This document shows, piece by piece, positions 1-13,300 of a DNA stretch of 64,000 bases; the stretch's first letter is position 1, and each line of letters opens with the position of its first letter. This DNA comes from Ramazzottius varieornatus. Lineage: Eukaryota > Animalia > Tardigrada. The notes below the pieces were generated by a model that was given only the letters and a program-made list of their open reading frames with translations, did not search any database and was not told the origin of the DNA. The stretch spans positions 3,765,158 through 3,829,157 of the forward strand of contig BDGG01000003.1 of the NCBI GenBank assembly GCA_001949185.1, written 5' to 3'. The position numbers and the translations under genes are program-made.

Positions 1-664
1 TAAAAGGCACTACGAAGTGACAATTATAACTTGTTGGAAAACCAAAAAGCAAACATTGTAGAATCGAACCCAGCCCTCTTGTGCGGCAGTCGGCGCGTCA
101 TCTTTATGGACAGTCCGTATCATGATGAAGCGGATTCTATGGCAAGTTGGTCTCAGATGGACGCGCGGTTCAGCAGCATTACAGTGGTCGTCTCAAACCA
201 CTGACTCTTCACATCTTGGAAGCGATGATGTTACTCCAGTCTTAATTTACGAAGTTTATTGGCATTCTATATCACGATAATATTACTATCAGCTTTGCCG
301 CATGATTAATAGTTCTTACCAAACGAGCGCGTATTCGCATCGCTGGTCATATAGTTGCGACTTGGTGTACGATCTGCCCGTTCACGGCTTTTGGTACTCC
401 GACATTCTGGAGACTGTAGAAGGAGCAGCAGCGGTGACTTACGCGTTTCTGATGTCCATCAAGATCGGTCGGCGAATGTTCGAGTTCCGAGTCAGACCTC
501 AACTGCTCGAAAATTTATTGGCCACCTCCCTCTCCCGCTTGAATCTTTAGAGCTTCGCTTCCGGAGCCCGATTTTCTTACGTAGAGATACTTTTGATATT
601 CGGATCCCGGACTTTAAAGTAACGTCACGCCGATCAGGACGTAACGTCATGCTGGTGGTGGCGA

Positions 665-1318
665 CTAAAGTTCCCAGACGTTCGAAAGTCGCGTTGGTTT
701 CGAGTTACGCTTGCGGAATCCTAGCCGTGGAGTTGGCCAGAATAATTTGCGCCCGGTAGCGACGGAAGGAAGGCTGATCGGTCGAGGTAGCAACACAGGC
801 GACCCGTAGTATGGTGGAGTACCTTGTAAGGAAAACTGGTCCCAGGATTCTAAGCTGTCGATAGAGACCACGGAAGATGTGGGCATTGTCAACTGACTTC
901 CAATCGATGCGTTGTTGATGGTGCCGCACGACTTGGACTTTCTGGACGTGGGACTGGGTCGTCGAATAACAAATGATGTTTGCACGGCACTTTCCATGTA
1001 TCTCCGACGATCTAGCTTCTTTCTGCCAGACACTTTCTTCACTTCCGCTGGCGCTTTCTTCTTGGGCTTTGAAGAAAGGGAGTTTTCCGAGGCAGTTGGC
1101 GCCGGCTTGACGGAGGGCTGATCCCGCTTCTTTAGGGAGTTTTGAATATTGGCCAGAAGCCAAACTAGGCCACAAGGAAAAATCATGAAGATGACGGACA
1201 TAACTTGCAACAACAAACGCCACCGTGTATCGTTGACTGAGATGAATTCCGCAACGAGGGAAACGGTGAAATGCATAAAAATAATCAGCCAGATAAAGGA
1301 CTTGGCTCGGTCCGTAGG
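665..1318 (-). CDS. 3' terminal exon of an unidentified multi-pass membrane protein (upstream part interrupted by the gap; candidate exons extend to ~2780)
   Basis: Open frame of ~217 codons with two hydrophobic helices (FIWLIIFMHFTVSLVAEF; LLLQVMSVIFMIFPCGLVWLLA) followed by a basic, Ser-rich tail. Further minus-strand AG/GT-bounded segments lie at ~1680-1765, 2018-2092 and 2368-2460, with ATG MAHPNG at 2780. Confidence 0.45.
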   Translation of the reverse strand, partial: PTDRAKSFIWLIIFMHFTVSLVAEFISVNDTRWRLLLQVMSVIFMIFPCGLVWLLANIQNSLKKRDQPSVKPAPTASENSLSSKPKKKAPAEVKKVSGRKKLDRRRYMESAVQTSFVIRRPSPTSRKSKSCGTINNASIGSQLTMPTSSVVSIDSLESWDQFSLQGTPPYYGSPVLLPRPISLPSVATGRKLFWPTPRLGFRKRNSKPTRLSNVWEL

Positions 1319-1794
1319 NNNNNNNNNNNNNNNNNNNNNNNNNNNNNNNNNNNNNNNNNNNNNNNNNNNNNNNNNNNNNNNNNNNNNNNNNNNNNNNNNN
1401 NNNNNNNNNNNNNNNNNNNNNNNNNNNNNNNNNNNNNNNNNNNNNNNNNNNNNNNNNNNNNNNNNNNNNNNNNNNNNNNNNNNNNNNNNNNNNNNNNNNN
1501 NNNNNNNNNNNNNNNNNNNNNNNNNNNNNNNNNNNNNNNNNNNNNNNNNNNNNNNNNNNNNNNNNNNNNNNNNNNNNNNNNNNNNNNNNNNNNNNNNNNN
1601 NNNNNNNNNNNNNNNNGGATCGTGTAGTCCGCTGAAATGTTCAAACTGTGGCGGTGAACATGAGAGTCTGATTGGGAAACTGACTTTTGATATTGATCCC
1701 CGCGAAGAAGCAACTGAAGGCCACGGAAAAATATCCAAAGGAAAACATGTAGATATGAAAACTCCTGAAAGAAGAATAAATACAGTATAAAATG

Positions 1795-1965
1795 GGGGCC
1801 GACAAACAATCTCTGATAGTCGCTCTCACTGAGGCGCACACTTTCATCCAATAACACCGGAAACGTACACCACTTGAGAAAGCGTTTCTGTGGAGTTTGC
1901 CGAATTGGCGCACGTTTGCAGTCTCATTAGCCGGGAACATGCGCCACTTGATATAGCGATCTTCC
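1795..1965. repeat. Family A palindrome, tandem double
   Basis: Cores ctgaggcgcac-N25-gtacaccactt (1829) and aattggcgcac-N25-atgcgccactt (1903). Confidence 0.75.
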
Positions 1966-2920
1966 CCAAATATATTTACGTCTTTCTCGGATTGAGCTGG
2001 ATAAAAAGGCATCATATTTACCAATAACCGGCGAGGTCGGCGTATAATGGCGGAACAAGGGGCTTTTCCGTCGTCGAAATATTCCAGTCTCCTGAAACAT
2101 TCATGGCTCGTTGTCAGGTTAGAGTGCAACGAAGTCTCGCGCAGATGGCGAAGAAAAGCTCGGATGGTGAGTGATCGAAAGACCCTCTTTGCATAGCAAG
2201 GAGATGTCGAGCGGGCTCTCCATGGACGGTCGTCATCCTGCGGAAGTGTGGTGAAGAGCTTGACGCACCGCACTGCACCCCACTCCTGCCAATGACGACC
2301 AATTTTTCATTCTTCCTTTCACCCACCAGTGAAATCTTGACGAGTTAGTCAATCGAGCTAGGACTTACCAATGCCGACAAAGTAGGACGAGTCAAATTTC
2401 TCCATTTTATCAGGCGCCTTTGTACAGCAATCTTTGCCGCTACTTGGGCTGGATAACGTACTGCAAACCAAAAGAAGTACCCTTGACAGGTACTTCGAAG
2501 ACGCAAACCAGTGCGCTCTGTGTGCGAAAAGAGTGACTAAGATGCCGAAGGACTTTCAACTTATCCAACGTCTTCATCATAATGAATCAAACTCTTCCAA
2601 GGAGTATATAGTTTTCTTAGCGAAGTGCAACTAACGATACGCAATATCGTCTTTCAGGATGTCCGTCAGGGATGGCGCAGTTGGACGAGTCTGCAGCTGA
2701 CCTTGGCTGTATGGCGGGACAGTGCCCCCATGGTAGTGGTGTTGGCCGCCTTGCCCAAGATATCCGTTAGGGTGAGCCATGTCTGATCGAATCAAAATCA
2801 CCGGGAAGAAAATCACGGGGAGACTACAGAACCTAAGATCACCGGGAACAACTAACTTTCACAAGTAGTAGCATGCATCTCAAAATTCAATTACATGCGG
2901 ACGTTGGTCATTGCTTCGCG

Positions 2921-2928
2921 TGACGTCA
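2921..2928. promoter_or_regulatory. CRE/ATF-like TGACGTCA in a probable divergent promoter; ETS-like CCGGAAGT at 3070-3077
   Basis: Exact motifs between ATG 2780(-) and ATG 3125(+). Confidence 0.4.
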
Positions 2929-3124
2929 TGCCACGTGCAGTACCGTGAGAATGGTGAGACAGCGTTGCGTAATTTTGACGACAAAGTGTAGCCGGTTCGC
3001 TCATCGCAGTTTCAACAATACTAGCAGGCGTTAATGTTAACTTCTCGAATACGGTAATGGTTATTCACACCGGAAGTGCTATATTAGACTTCAGCAGGAC
3101 TCTCATCTCCTCCACGTTGGCAGA

Positions 3125-5348
3125 ATGTCTGGGAGCTGCGCTGCTGAACGTCAGATGTCCGAGCGGAACGACGACCATGACCAGCAAGTGGACGAATTGC
3201 TGTGTCTATCCAGTGTCCTGTCGGAAACCGAATTCCAGCAAGTATCGCCCTGCAGCGGTAAGCTCATCGTTCATCCTATCTGTGATCCCCCCATGTCCGT
3301 TTATCCGTTGTCTCCGGAACACGCCGCTCTGCTCCAGGATTTGCATAACTCAATAACGATATCGGACGGCGCGGACACGACTATCCGTCATTCCGTATGT
3401 GAACAGCAGTATGGAAACGTTGGGACGACGTACATTGGGCAGCTTATTTACTCAGGTTTCTCTTTCAGAAGGTTCTGGAATACTCTAAATTCCTTTCTCG
3501 TCGGCTGCCGGACCACTCACGCAGCGATGTCAACAGCCTTCCTCCGGTTGAAGTCAAGTTCTGGTTTCCAGAGGACTATCCCAGTCGAAGTCCACCCAGT
3601 TTTCACATTTCGTGTTCGTGGTTGGGCAAAGATATGGTGAATATCCCACCCTACTCTGTAACTCTGAAGCTTATGCTTTCGTCTCTTAACGGCGTGCCGT
3701 TCTTTTAGGAGTCTCGGGTGATCAAACACTTGGTTTCCTTGTGGAAGAGGAACGGTGGCCTTGCCGTTCTGTACGATGCTTTCGAGGACCTGAAAAATAT
3801 CTTTCAGAACCGCGACTTGTTTCCTCTTGGAAACATTTTGATAGCCGCCGACCATCAGTCGGAACTAGAAAGCTTGAAGGAGCTGCGCGGCAATGTGGTC
3901 CAGGTTTATGATGCCCGAAACTTCGTTGAAGACTTGAGGTCCTGCGACAGCCAGCGAGCAGACGCGGTGTTTGTTAACGAGTACCATCAGTGCCCCATCT
4001 GCTGCTCGAATCGTCCTGGCTCCGACTTCATGAAGCTATGTAAATGTCGTCATCATTGCTGTCGGAACTGTTTGAGGGACGAAGCGCTCGTCCATATTTC
4101 TGGAGGCTCCATTAGGTCCATTCGCTGTTTGGAATGCAGCGACGAAATCTTACCCCAAGATGTAAGTACAGTACGACTCGAAGTGTGTTTCGTAATATGG
4201 CTCATATGGATGCTTTGTTCTGGAAGGTTCAGCTTTTGATATCATCCGAAGACTTTGAGAAGTACCAGAGTCTGCAGCTGAACAACGCTCTAGACACTAT
4301 GGGCGACATTGTCTACTGTCCGCGCCCGGGATGTGGTCAGCCAGTTATAAAGGAACCAGACTCCGATGTAGCCATGTGTACATGTGGCTACTCTTTCTGC
4401 ATTCGCTGTAAAGGCAGCTCACATGGTGTCGCACCCTGTCAGTGGAACCACACAAGTGAGTCAATTTCAACATTCTGATCCTTTCGCCATTTCGTTGTTC
4501 ATCTCGTGTATTCCTGTTTAGAGATCGCTGAGCTGGAAGGAAGACTGGTCCTTACGGATAAAGATTACGTCAAACAAAAGCTGATGCAGATGATTACCGA
4601 TGCTCGAAGTGAAATGTGGATCGAGAACAATGCGAAGCACTGCCCGCGTTGTTGGGCGAAGGTTGAGGTAAGCCTTTACGAGAAAGCTGTAGCTACTGGT
4701 TCTTGATAAGCGATGAGCTCACCTCTTGTCTGTCTTGCCTCTGTATGGGCGAACTATTTCATTTGGTACCTATAAAACAGATTGCTGTTGCAGAAAAGCG
4801 GTGGCTGTAACCACATGTCCTGCCAAGGTAAGCAGAATTGAAAACTTAAACTTGGAGCTGGGCAAACAAAGCCGACCAGATCGTTTTCCCACGTGGCGGT
4901 CGTTGTCAGTGATTTTAGCTGGAAGCGTGCGTCGCTTGGAAAAGGAGTCTGTTCCGCTTTATTTGCGGAGCTCCCAACCATTAATATTTTGATCGGCTTT
5001 TTTTGATAGCTTGATTCGACTGATTCTGATTATGGGTTTGCAGTTTGTGAAGGTCACTTCTGTTGGCTCTGCATGTCGATGCTGGACAAGAAGGACCCGT
5101 ACCGGCACTACAACGATCCTCGCAGTCCGTGTAACCAGCAGCTGTTCGAACGCGGCGAACAAGAAGATGACGATGTGGTGGACTTCGTCCTGGAAGAGGG
5201 AGATGAATTCAACCAGGCGGTGGAAGCTGTTGCTGGCCAGTTGGAAGGGCGACCGGAACGGTGGTTTGATAACGAAGACATGAACCTACAAGCCCGAATG
5301 ATCTTAGAAGGACGTGTGCAACTCGAAAACCAAGAGCCGCAAAATTGA
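3125..5348 (+). CDS. RNF14: RWD + RING-IBR-RING (RBR) E3 ubiquitin ligase, RNF14/ARA54-like (multi-exon)
   Basis: RWD (QVDELLCLSSV...LPPVEVKFWFPEDYPSRSPPSF), RING1 (CPICC...CRHHCCRNC...CLEC), IBR (CPRPGC...CTCGYSFCIRCKGSSHGVAPC) and RING2 (CPRC...GGCNHMSC..CEGHFCWLC) joined by GT-AG introns; stop at 5346-5348. Confidence 0.9.
4854..4974. repeat. Family A palindrome (RNF14 intron)
   Basis: ggagctgggcaaacaaa...gtggcggtc-N25-gtgcgtcgctt...tttgcggagctcc. Confidence 0.85.
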
Positions 5349-6430
5349 ACTACGTTTCTTTTTTCGGATCACACAATTTAATGTAGAGTATCGTCCCAAT
5401 TCCTGGATGAAACATCTATGCTAACAGATAGTTTTCGAATTTTATGTTTTGAAATTTCAGATTTTGTTACAAATTTTATCGCGCTTGTTTCTCCGCAAGT
5501 CGGAAAATACAGATATATATCCTAATGAAAAAGAACCAGAGAATATTGTGTACCGCGGATAATCTCCTGATGCCTATGGCCACTAAGATGCATGGTTGCG
5601 CGTGAGATTTGGTGGCACTTGATGTTTGATTGAATGGGTTGATAGAAATTGCCGGGTAAAGATTGTGATGAAGCCATCGATCACGACAGAGCCTATCATC
5701 ACGGTACCACTCGATACACCTTCAAGTGAGCATCACAAATCATGCTCCTTGATGAACCACTCCCTGAATTCTCTAACTTTGTCCTGAAGGAGCCAAATGG
5801 CCATAAGACTTCGGCCGAGTGTCGAACCATACGATTATCATTTTCAGTTTCGACTTTCGACCTCGTTTTCCTCAAAATAAAGTCGGCACAAGTTTACTGC
5901 GGTACGGAAAACAGCTGAAGAAAGTATTCCAACAAAGTAATCACAGCGCATGATCTTGACGCCTTGAGTGTTTGCGCTGGTTTGAAGAGTGGATCGGTCA
6001 GTTCATCAGAATCTCTGACAAACCAATATATCACCGCGGAACATCTTCCGCTCCTTTGGCTTTGATCATCCACAATCTTCTAGGTCAGCAACTCTTCATT
6101 TTACTGCGGTGAGACTTGAAGTTGAATTAGTGCCTATTTTAAATCCTTTCCATCTGGCCGAAATCTCGCTTTTCTCATGTGAATGTTCCACCGGGTGGAA
6201 ACGCCCAATAATGTGCAGAGAACTCTTCCCCGTTGAGCAGTAACTTATTGCAACTGAAAATAATCATCCGCAGAGCGAAAATTATTTTTCTGTCAGTTTC
6301 CTCCACCAAGTCTGATTACTATCTCCTTCCGTCAAAAGATGTCTTTTTGCTGTCTGTTGAGCGGATTTAGATTTGTAAAAACAGCCGATGCGTATCATTT
6401 CAAAATAATATGGGGAAGCTGGCTGAGAGA

Positions 6431-6495
6431 CTTTCACCCAGCTGGATACACGCCTAACACGGCGGTTGCACAGGTTGATGTATGCAGGTTTGTGA
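6431..6495. repeat. Family B inverted repeat
   Basis: agctggataca-N28-tgtatgcaggt. Confidence 0.6.
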
Positions 6496-7271
6496 TTTGA
6501 AGATATTCTGTTTGGCGACCTCTCAGTTTATACAAGGATGGAGAGTCAAGCCTACTCTACAGAGTAGCATCTTTGATGACACTATATCAACCAGTTGATA
6601 TTCCTACGTATGCTCGAGTGGACCGCGGGTGTTTATTAAATTTATTCATACAAGTACAGCGAGAGAAAGTTTAGTCAAGCTCAGTTTACACTTGGTCGCC
6701 ATCCGAGTTTGCTATTGTTAGTAATGGTCAACTGTTGACTTGGATTTCATTTGTACGTGCTGGCAGCAATGATTTACTATTTTCTGCCGGAGGAAGCTCT
6801 AAACTACCCACAGACCATTGTTGTCCAGTACAATGATCACTCAATAATGGCCAGTTGATTGAAACGGCCCACCATGGTTCCCTCACGGCCACCCGCCCAT
6901 TCTGTTTCCCTCGCACCATAGCTGATAGATGAGAAATATCTCAATCATCACGCCTGGAATTTTTGCGCGCCTGCTGTCGTCTCCACTGATGCTCGGTAAA
7001 ATTTGGACATTCTCGTCGCATCTTATTCCAACTTTACAACCATTCCCGTTCCTGAATAGTGGGCGTAAATTCTTAATCAGCGATATTTCATTTACGAATT
7101 ACTTGATTTTTCTGTATTGGTCGATTTGTCTTTCGGTATGGTGTTGAAGTTGGGGATGATTGATTACGTCGTGGAAAAACGTTATCCGCCCATTTAGTGG
7201 AGCAGAAATCTGCATGTAGCAAGACGACACACTTTGTCGACTATTCCGAGCCGGAGAGCTTTAAAGCAAAG

Positions 7272-9769
7272 ATGAAGATGCGCAACATTGCGATGCTGAT
7301 TGCGCTTAACACCCTCGGGATTATCGACATCATCTCAGCTGCTAGCCGTTCCACCGACTACAATCCATGCGATGCTAAAGAGCTTCGGGTCACCGCCGAA
7401 AGACCTGTTGCACTTTCTGGACGTTGGCTATCTTACCGGTACGCTCTCTTTTCTGTTCTGATCCACCTGGCTTATCGACGAGTTTGCGCATGTTCAAAAT
7501 TATTTAAATTGTCCAGAGGTTTCCAAAGTGCGGGTTTGAGAAACAGTATTTTCTTCCCGAATTTTCCGACATCGAAATTGATTTCTCAAATGGATGGTTT
7601 TTGAATATCTGTCGTTGTCTCTTGTTGTTTGCTTACCGGCGTCACCAAGGTGTAAAGAGTGTATCTTCCCTATGAGGTGAATAGTTAAAGTGTCCTTGAG
7701 TATGAAGGTCCACACCACCAAAATTACATAATTTGAATTATTGATACTATGTGAATGAAGAAATTTCGTCTGTCTTGCAGGTGTGAAGTACGCTCCGGTC
7801 CGCAGTTTCTATTACGCGACTATGAGTTTGTTTACAATACGTCCTTCATCCTGCACCAGTATTATTACTCCGATGACTGCTTGACACCGTTATATTCCCT
7901 CTCCATTCGAGGCGTGCTGAACGAAATGAAAAAGTCCTGGATGGTTCCTGGCGCCATTGATGTGGACTACACACTCAGCAAGGTCACCGTCATGCCATAC
8001 ACCAGAGAACAAGCTGACATCCTACAGGCGGCGGTACTGAAGGTTTGCCCGCTTGCGCGCTTCTCGGCTCTTCCTTGGGCGCCTTATGACGAACAGGAGA
8101 TCTTCAGCTTCGAACTGTATCCGACAGTGGCGACCACTGTAGCAGAAACCGCAGGTGTTTCGCGGATCGATCTGGAGTTTGACTGCTTGGAAGCCTTGAA
8201 TTTCACCTTCGACGAACTGAACTTGATTAGGATACAGAAAAGGCGATGGAACGTTGCGGGTAATACTACGACAGCCAATGTCAGAGAACTGTATACGGGC
8301 GAAACTCCGAGAAAACCACTGCTGGACGGAAGTCTGGATGTTCAACGACCTGTCAGCTATTTCGCTGATTATCTTCTCAAAATAGATCTCGAGGTAGCCA
8401 AGTGCATTCGAGTTCTTAAAATCCAATGAATAACAAGGCGGGGAAAAAATGGAATGGTTTGCGAGCTCAGCAAACAAACTCGACGAAATTATTTTCCAAA
8501 GTGGTGCACGTTGTTGGTACTTTTGACTGATAGAGTGCTTCTCTTTGGAAAAAGATCTGGTGGAGCTTGTTTGTCGAAGTGGCGCATGGCTTTGGCGCGA
8601 ATGGCCGGACGCGTGCGCCAACAAGAAAGATCTCGTAGAATTTTTTTGCCTGGCTCCACATGACACTGTGCATACGGAATATCAAAACTATTGATATTTT
8701 AGAGTGTCGATTGTCCTCTTTGTCGTTTGATCGAGAAGTCCAGTCCATCCACACCGCCGGTGACAAATACCCAAAATACCCAGCCTTTCCTGTTATCCGA
8801 TTTAGCCGGTGAATGGAAAAGTGTGGCGGAATGTGAGTCGCGGCCATCAGGATCATTCATCAAGCGCATCCTCTCGTTACAACCGAACAGGTCGCAATGG
8901 TTGGGAGAATACCAGCACTTCAGCGAGCCTGACTGTCTACAGCGATCCTTTACCATCATCGGCTCCGGTACATTCAGTCTAGAGGACTCTTTTCCACTGA
9001 TACCCTCTGCTCAAAAGATCGACTTCCTGGTTATGAATGCGTCTGTCACGCCTCATGTGGAATATGTCCGACAACAACTGGTTTCAAGGTAAAACAGATC
9101 GCTATTGAGACTTCGAGAATATCATTTGGAGAGCTGGGCCAGCTGGGCACACAAAACGGACAAGATCGCTTTCTCGGGTGGCGCGTCTTTCCGGTCACAA
9201 ATAATAAAAGTTTGCGCCACTTGAGATAACAATCTTACACGTTTCGTTGGCCCAGCTCCAGTTTGAAATATTTCCTGATATGTTGGTTTTCTAGTTCGAC
9301 CAACTCTTCGGACTGTGGAGTGGGACCATGGAACCTCGACCAGCCGAAAGACATCACGATCACCGGTGGATGTCGTCTTCTGGGCCTGGTTATCCCTAAC
9401 CTAGACCTCAATATGGTACGGCTGGAAAAAGACGCATTTGGTAACAGCATTCTCCACCTTGGGCAAGACTATCAAGAAGCGACTTCCGGTCAGCAAGGGA
9501 TCGATTCCTCCACCATTCCACGACCAACATCGTTTCAGCCTGGCCTGATACAGTGCAAGAAGCCCGAGCAACCGCATTCACGTGTAGCACCACATGCGAC
9601 GGCGCATCACGAAAAGACTCGAGGAACCACCACTCGGCTTTCGCCACACGACAAAGGCTCACACGGAAAACGGAAAAATAATGCTTCTTTCACACATAAG
9701 TCAGTCACAAAAATAACTTTCTTTTTGCTTAACTCTTGCTTAACTCTGCTTTTTGCTGTCAATGAATAA
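7272..9769 (+). CDS. APCDD1: APCDD1-like secreted/membrane-anchored Wnt inhibitor (4 exons)
   Basis: Signal peptide, two APCDD1 repeats (LSGRWLSYRCEVRSGPQFLLRDY; LAGEWKSVAECESRPSGSFIKR; RPTSFQPGLIQC) and a hydrophobic C-terminus. Confidence 0.85.
8463..8657. repeat. Family A palindrome, tandem double (APCDD1 intron)
   Basis: Two cores at 8499 and 8577, both N25. Confidence 0.85.
9140..9259. repeat. Family A palindrome (APCDD1 intron)
   Basis: gggtggcgcgt-N25-ttgcgccactt with agctgggc/gcccagct ends. Confidence 0.85.
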
Positions 9770-10371
9770 GCGCCATCGAAATGGGTGGTCGACCGGTGCA
9801 AAAAAACTGTCGTAGACCGCTCGTAAAAAAGGGGCCACGGACTTTGCATGCAGGATTTGTCTATCAAGTGCTCGATGCGAACAAGCAGTTGTTTTCAAGA
9901 AAACAATAATGGTCGGATTTTATTGCGTATCATACAACCACGTAGTGCTGTAATATTTGGGTTTATCTATCATAGAGTTCAGTTCGGGCAGAAGTCAAGT
10001 TGTCTGTCGATATCGTAATGAAGCACTTCGACGATAGCATGATATCGGAGATAGTTTTGTAAGAAGCCAGGCCCGTGTTACAGAATGAGCAGGCGCATTC
10101 TCTAGTAGGACAGGATTGGTAATGTAATGAAAGTAGTATGAACAAGAGTAAGCTGAAAACTGTGGAGAATATTCAGTATTGTACGCGGAAGATCCGCCAT
10201 AAGTATATATCATATCCTTGGTCCGTCAGTAAGTTAGGTCAAGCCATAAGGTTTAATAGTTAGTTTAAATGAAAAAGCACCCAAGCAGTTCGCAGTGAGG
10301 ATTTTCAGACGGAAAACGTATCGTGCCAGCCGAGTTCATTTCCTGTCGTGGGAGGAACCAGATCAACCTTG

Positions 10372-13300
10372 CTAGTTGCGGTACGATACGGAGCGCATCG
10401 AGCGGGGCTGTTCGTCAGCGTGCGCGCCACCCTGAACCAAGCTGGTCTGAGATCCCGTGCGAGCAGTACCTTCCGAGCGTTGGTGTTCCGAAGAGCCATC
10501 CGAGTGCTGGCTACCATGGGACACGGAGCGAACTGTCGAGCGCATAGAGCGAGCAGCTTCGTCGATGTCAATTTCAACCCCAGTCAGAGTGGCGCGGCGA
10601 TCCGGGCGAACGGTGCAGGAGCGTAGGGATCGAGCGGTTTCGTCATTGCCAGTATTCTTAGCCGTGGGAGCTTCCGAGCGAAGAGTGTACGAGCGGAGAG
10701 AACGAGCAGCTTCATCAGTCAGGGTGTCCTTGGCAGTGGGTGCTTCCGAACGAAGGGTGAAGGAGCGGAGAGAGCGAGTTGCTTCTTCACCTTCCTTCTG
10801 GGCGTCGATGGCATCAGCAACACTTCGGGGACGATCGCGAACCATCATCGAGCGCAGAGAGCGAGCTTGCTCCGATTCGGGAGCTAGAAAATTAAAATTT
10901 GCTGAAATAAACTGGATAATTTCGGATCGAGTTTCGAATCTAGTTTTTGACTGAGAAGGCCGGCAAGCAAAACGTACAAGATCGTTTTGTGAACTGGCGC
11001 AGGCTTTTGGCCATTAAAAGTGAAAGCGTGCCCCACTTCACATGACGATCTTGTACGTTTCTTTTGCCGACTCCACAACCTAGTTTGGAAATCCAGGGTC
11101 ATTTTCATCTTAATTTGAGTTCAGTTTCTCAAGTTGAGTACCTGCAGGGATCATGCCAGGGAAGAACGACATGTCGTTGTGAGAACCCAACGGCATGTTC
11201 AAGCTGATGGTAGACTGACGGACGTGAGCATTACCATCATTCAGATCAACCACACCGGGCAAAGTGATGGCTGAAGCCTTGAAATCCGAGTTATTGGTCA
11301 GCCGAGGAATGGACATGACTGACCCACGGTGATCAGGGACGCTCACAGTCTGCGCGGACCCACGAGCCAACCCGGAACTTGAAGGAGGGACAATGGAGAG
11401 TGTCGCCGGCGTACTCTTGTTCAATTGCTCCGTGGAGTTGTACAGATTGATCGTAGACGTCTTGATAGTCTTTTCTTTCTTTCCGCGTCTCGCACAGGCC
11501 GCGCAGCAGAGGAAGACGCAGATGATGGTCAGGATGAGGATAATCAGAAGCAGGATGGCCAGACCGATACCGAAGCCGGTCTTGGGTACGCAAACGTAGT
11601 CGTTGTTCTTGACCACGGTGGCCAGGACGTCGTAAGAGCGGTTGTTCTGGTTTCCTACCAGGACTTCGGTAATGTCATTGTCGGAGAGGACGCGGATACC
11701 ACGTTCGAGAACGACTTCCGTGTTGCCCTTGTCTTTCAGGAAGACGGTCTTGCCCAAGAGGACATCGTTGGCGCGATCCAGATCGTGGTCGACGTCGGAA
11801 GGTGACGGGGTGGTTGATTGCGGAACTGGTTGAGCTGTTGATTGGGTGGAAGTGTTCGAGACTTGACGCTTCTCACGCTTGTCGCTCTTCACCTGCCTAA
11901 CATGAAAAAAACGGAAGTATAATTTCGTTGAAATTTTTTCGCTGACTCTAAAACTGTTACTCAATCTGTCTTCGACTTTTTTTGGAATAGTTCAACCGTT
12001 GCCCATTTTCTGGATGTTTTCGTATACTTTAGGACGGGGGGTTTTCCGGTGGTTCCTTTGGCGGCTCCCGCGGTCTTCGGAGCGGCATCTGCTGGACAGG
12101 TGATACCGCACGGACCTTTGCACATAGCCACATTGCAAATAATATTGACGTCTAGCGAATCGGGGAACTTGAAGCTCTTGAGCTGTGCGAAAGCGATACG
12201 CGAGGCTCCGGACTGACCCACATGATCAGTGACTGTGAACGGCGTCATCAGCTTCTTTTGTATCACACAGCCATTCTCGTCTGTCAGTTGAATTTGCTGG
12301 TGTTTCTTTGCATCATTAGCCTAAAAAGCAACAATACCTCCCCATGAAACAAATACCATATTTTTCTGAAAATTAGTCTGGCAATGTAGTGGATGTATGA
12401 GCTGGATGGTATGCAAACGGTCTGCAACATAGCTTAAGGTGTCACGGACCTGCATACACAGGCGCTCCAGAAGTACTTGGTCCGCTGTATGCAGGTTCAT
12501 GGACCACGAACTTGCTTTTTTTCGACGTGTTATTGTGCAAGATATACTGATGAAGGATCTTCCAGGCCTTAAAATTACTTACCACACAGTCACGGATGAC
12601 AACATCGAGGCCTCGATCGATCTTCGATTTCATGTAAATGGCTACCGTCATATCCGAGCCAAGACGCACCACACCGTTGGACACCGGGGTTCCTTGGAAG
12701 GGGTCTTTGCCCATTCGAAGGTCCATCCAGACGCTAACGGCATCCGCGCTGTAGTCCATGGTGTTCTCGCTTAGCGACCCCACTTTGAAGCCGCGTGACG
12801 AAATGATCTTGTCGAAGCGATCGCTCCATGCGCAACGAATACGTCGAGCCACATCGTCGCTCGACTGAAAGAGTGCGTCGTTCTGCAAAGGCAAGGAAAA
12901 AGGTATGTCATGCAGTTCGATGTACATCATGCACGATGCCTAACAGTAGTTTACAGACCCATAAAAATCAATCATAGGATGTAAATGAATAAACAGAAGC
13001 GCACCTGTATAATGACGGTAGCTTCCGTAATGCTGGCGTTAACTTCGGCGGCCAAATTCTTGTCCAGCGTTCCACACCTGAAAATGGGACACCATTTTCA
13101 ACAGCAGGTATTCTGTTGGTAACTGGCGGAATGAGAAACTGAGGTTTTGGTCCGCACGTACGTGTCGGTGGCGATGGTGAAGTTGAGCTTAGACACGCCA
13201 CTGCCTTCGTGGGCGTATAAGCAGTTCTCGTCCATGAAGTGTCCCTTCGTGTATATTATTCCTTGAAATGCCTGATCGAACTCCAAGGACACTTTGATGA

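Noticed and set aside
55-110. tRNA-like fragment on the minus strand (GGGTTCGATTC B box)
   Set aside because: No acceptor stem or D arm; at most a degenerate tRNA/SINE relic.
1149-1857. Long ORFs crossing N runs (also 59607-60234)
   Set aside because: Artefacts of translation through assembly gaps.
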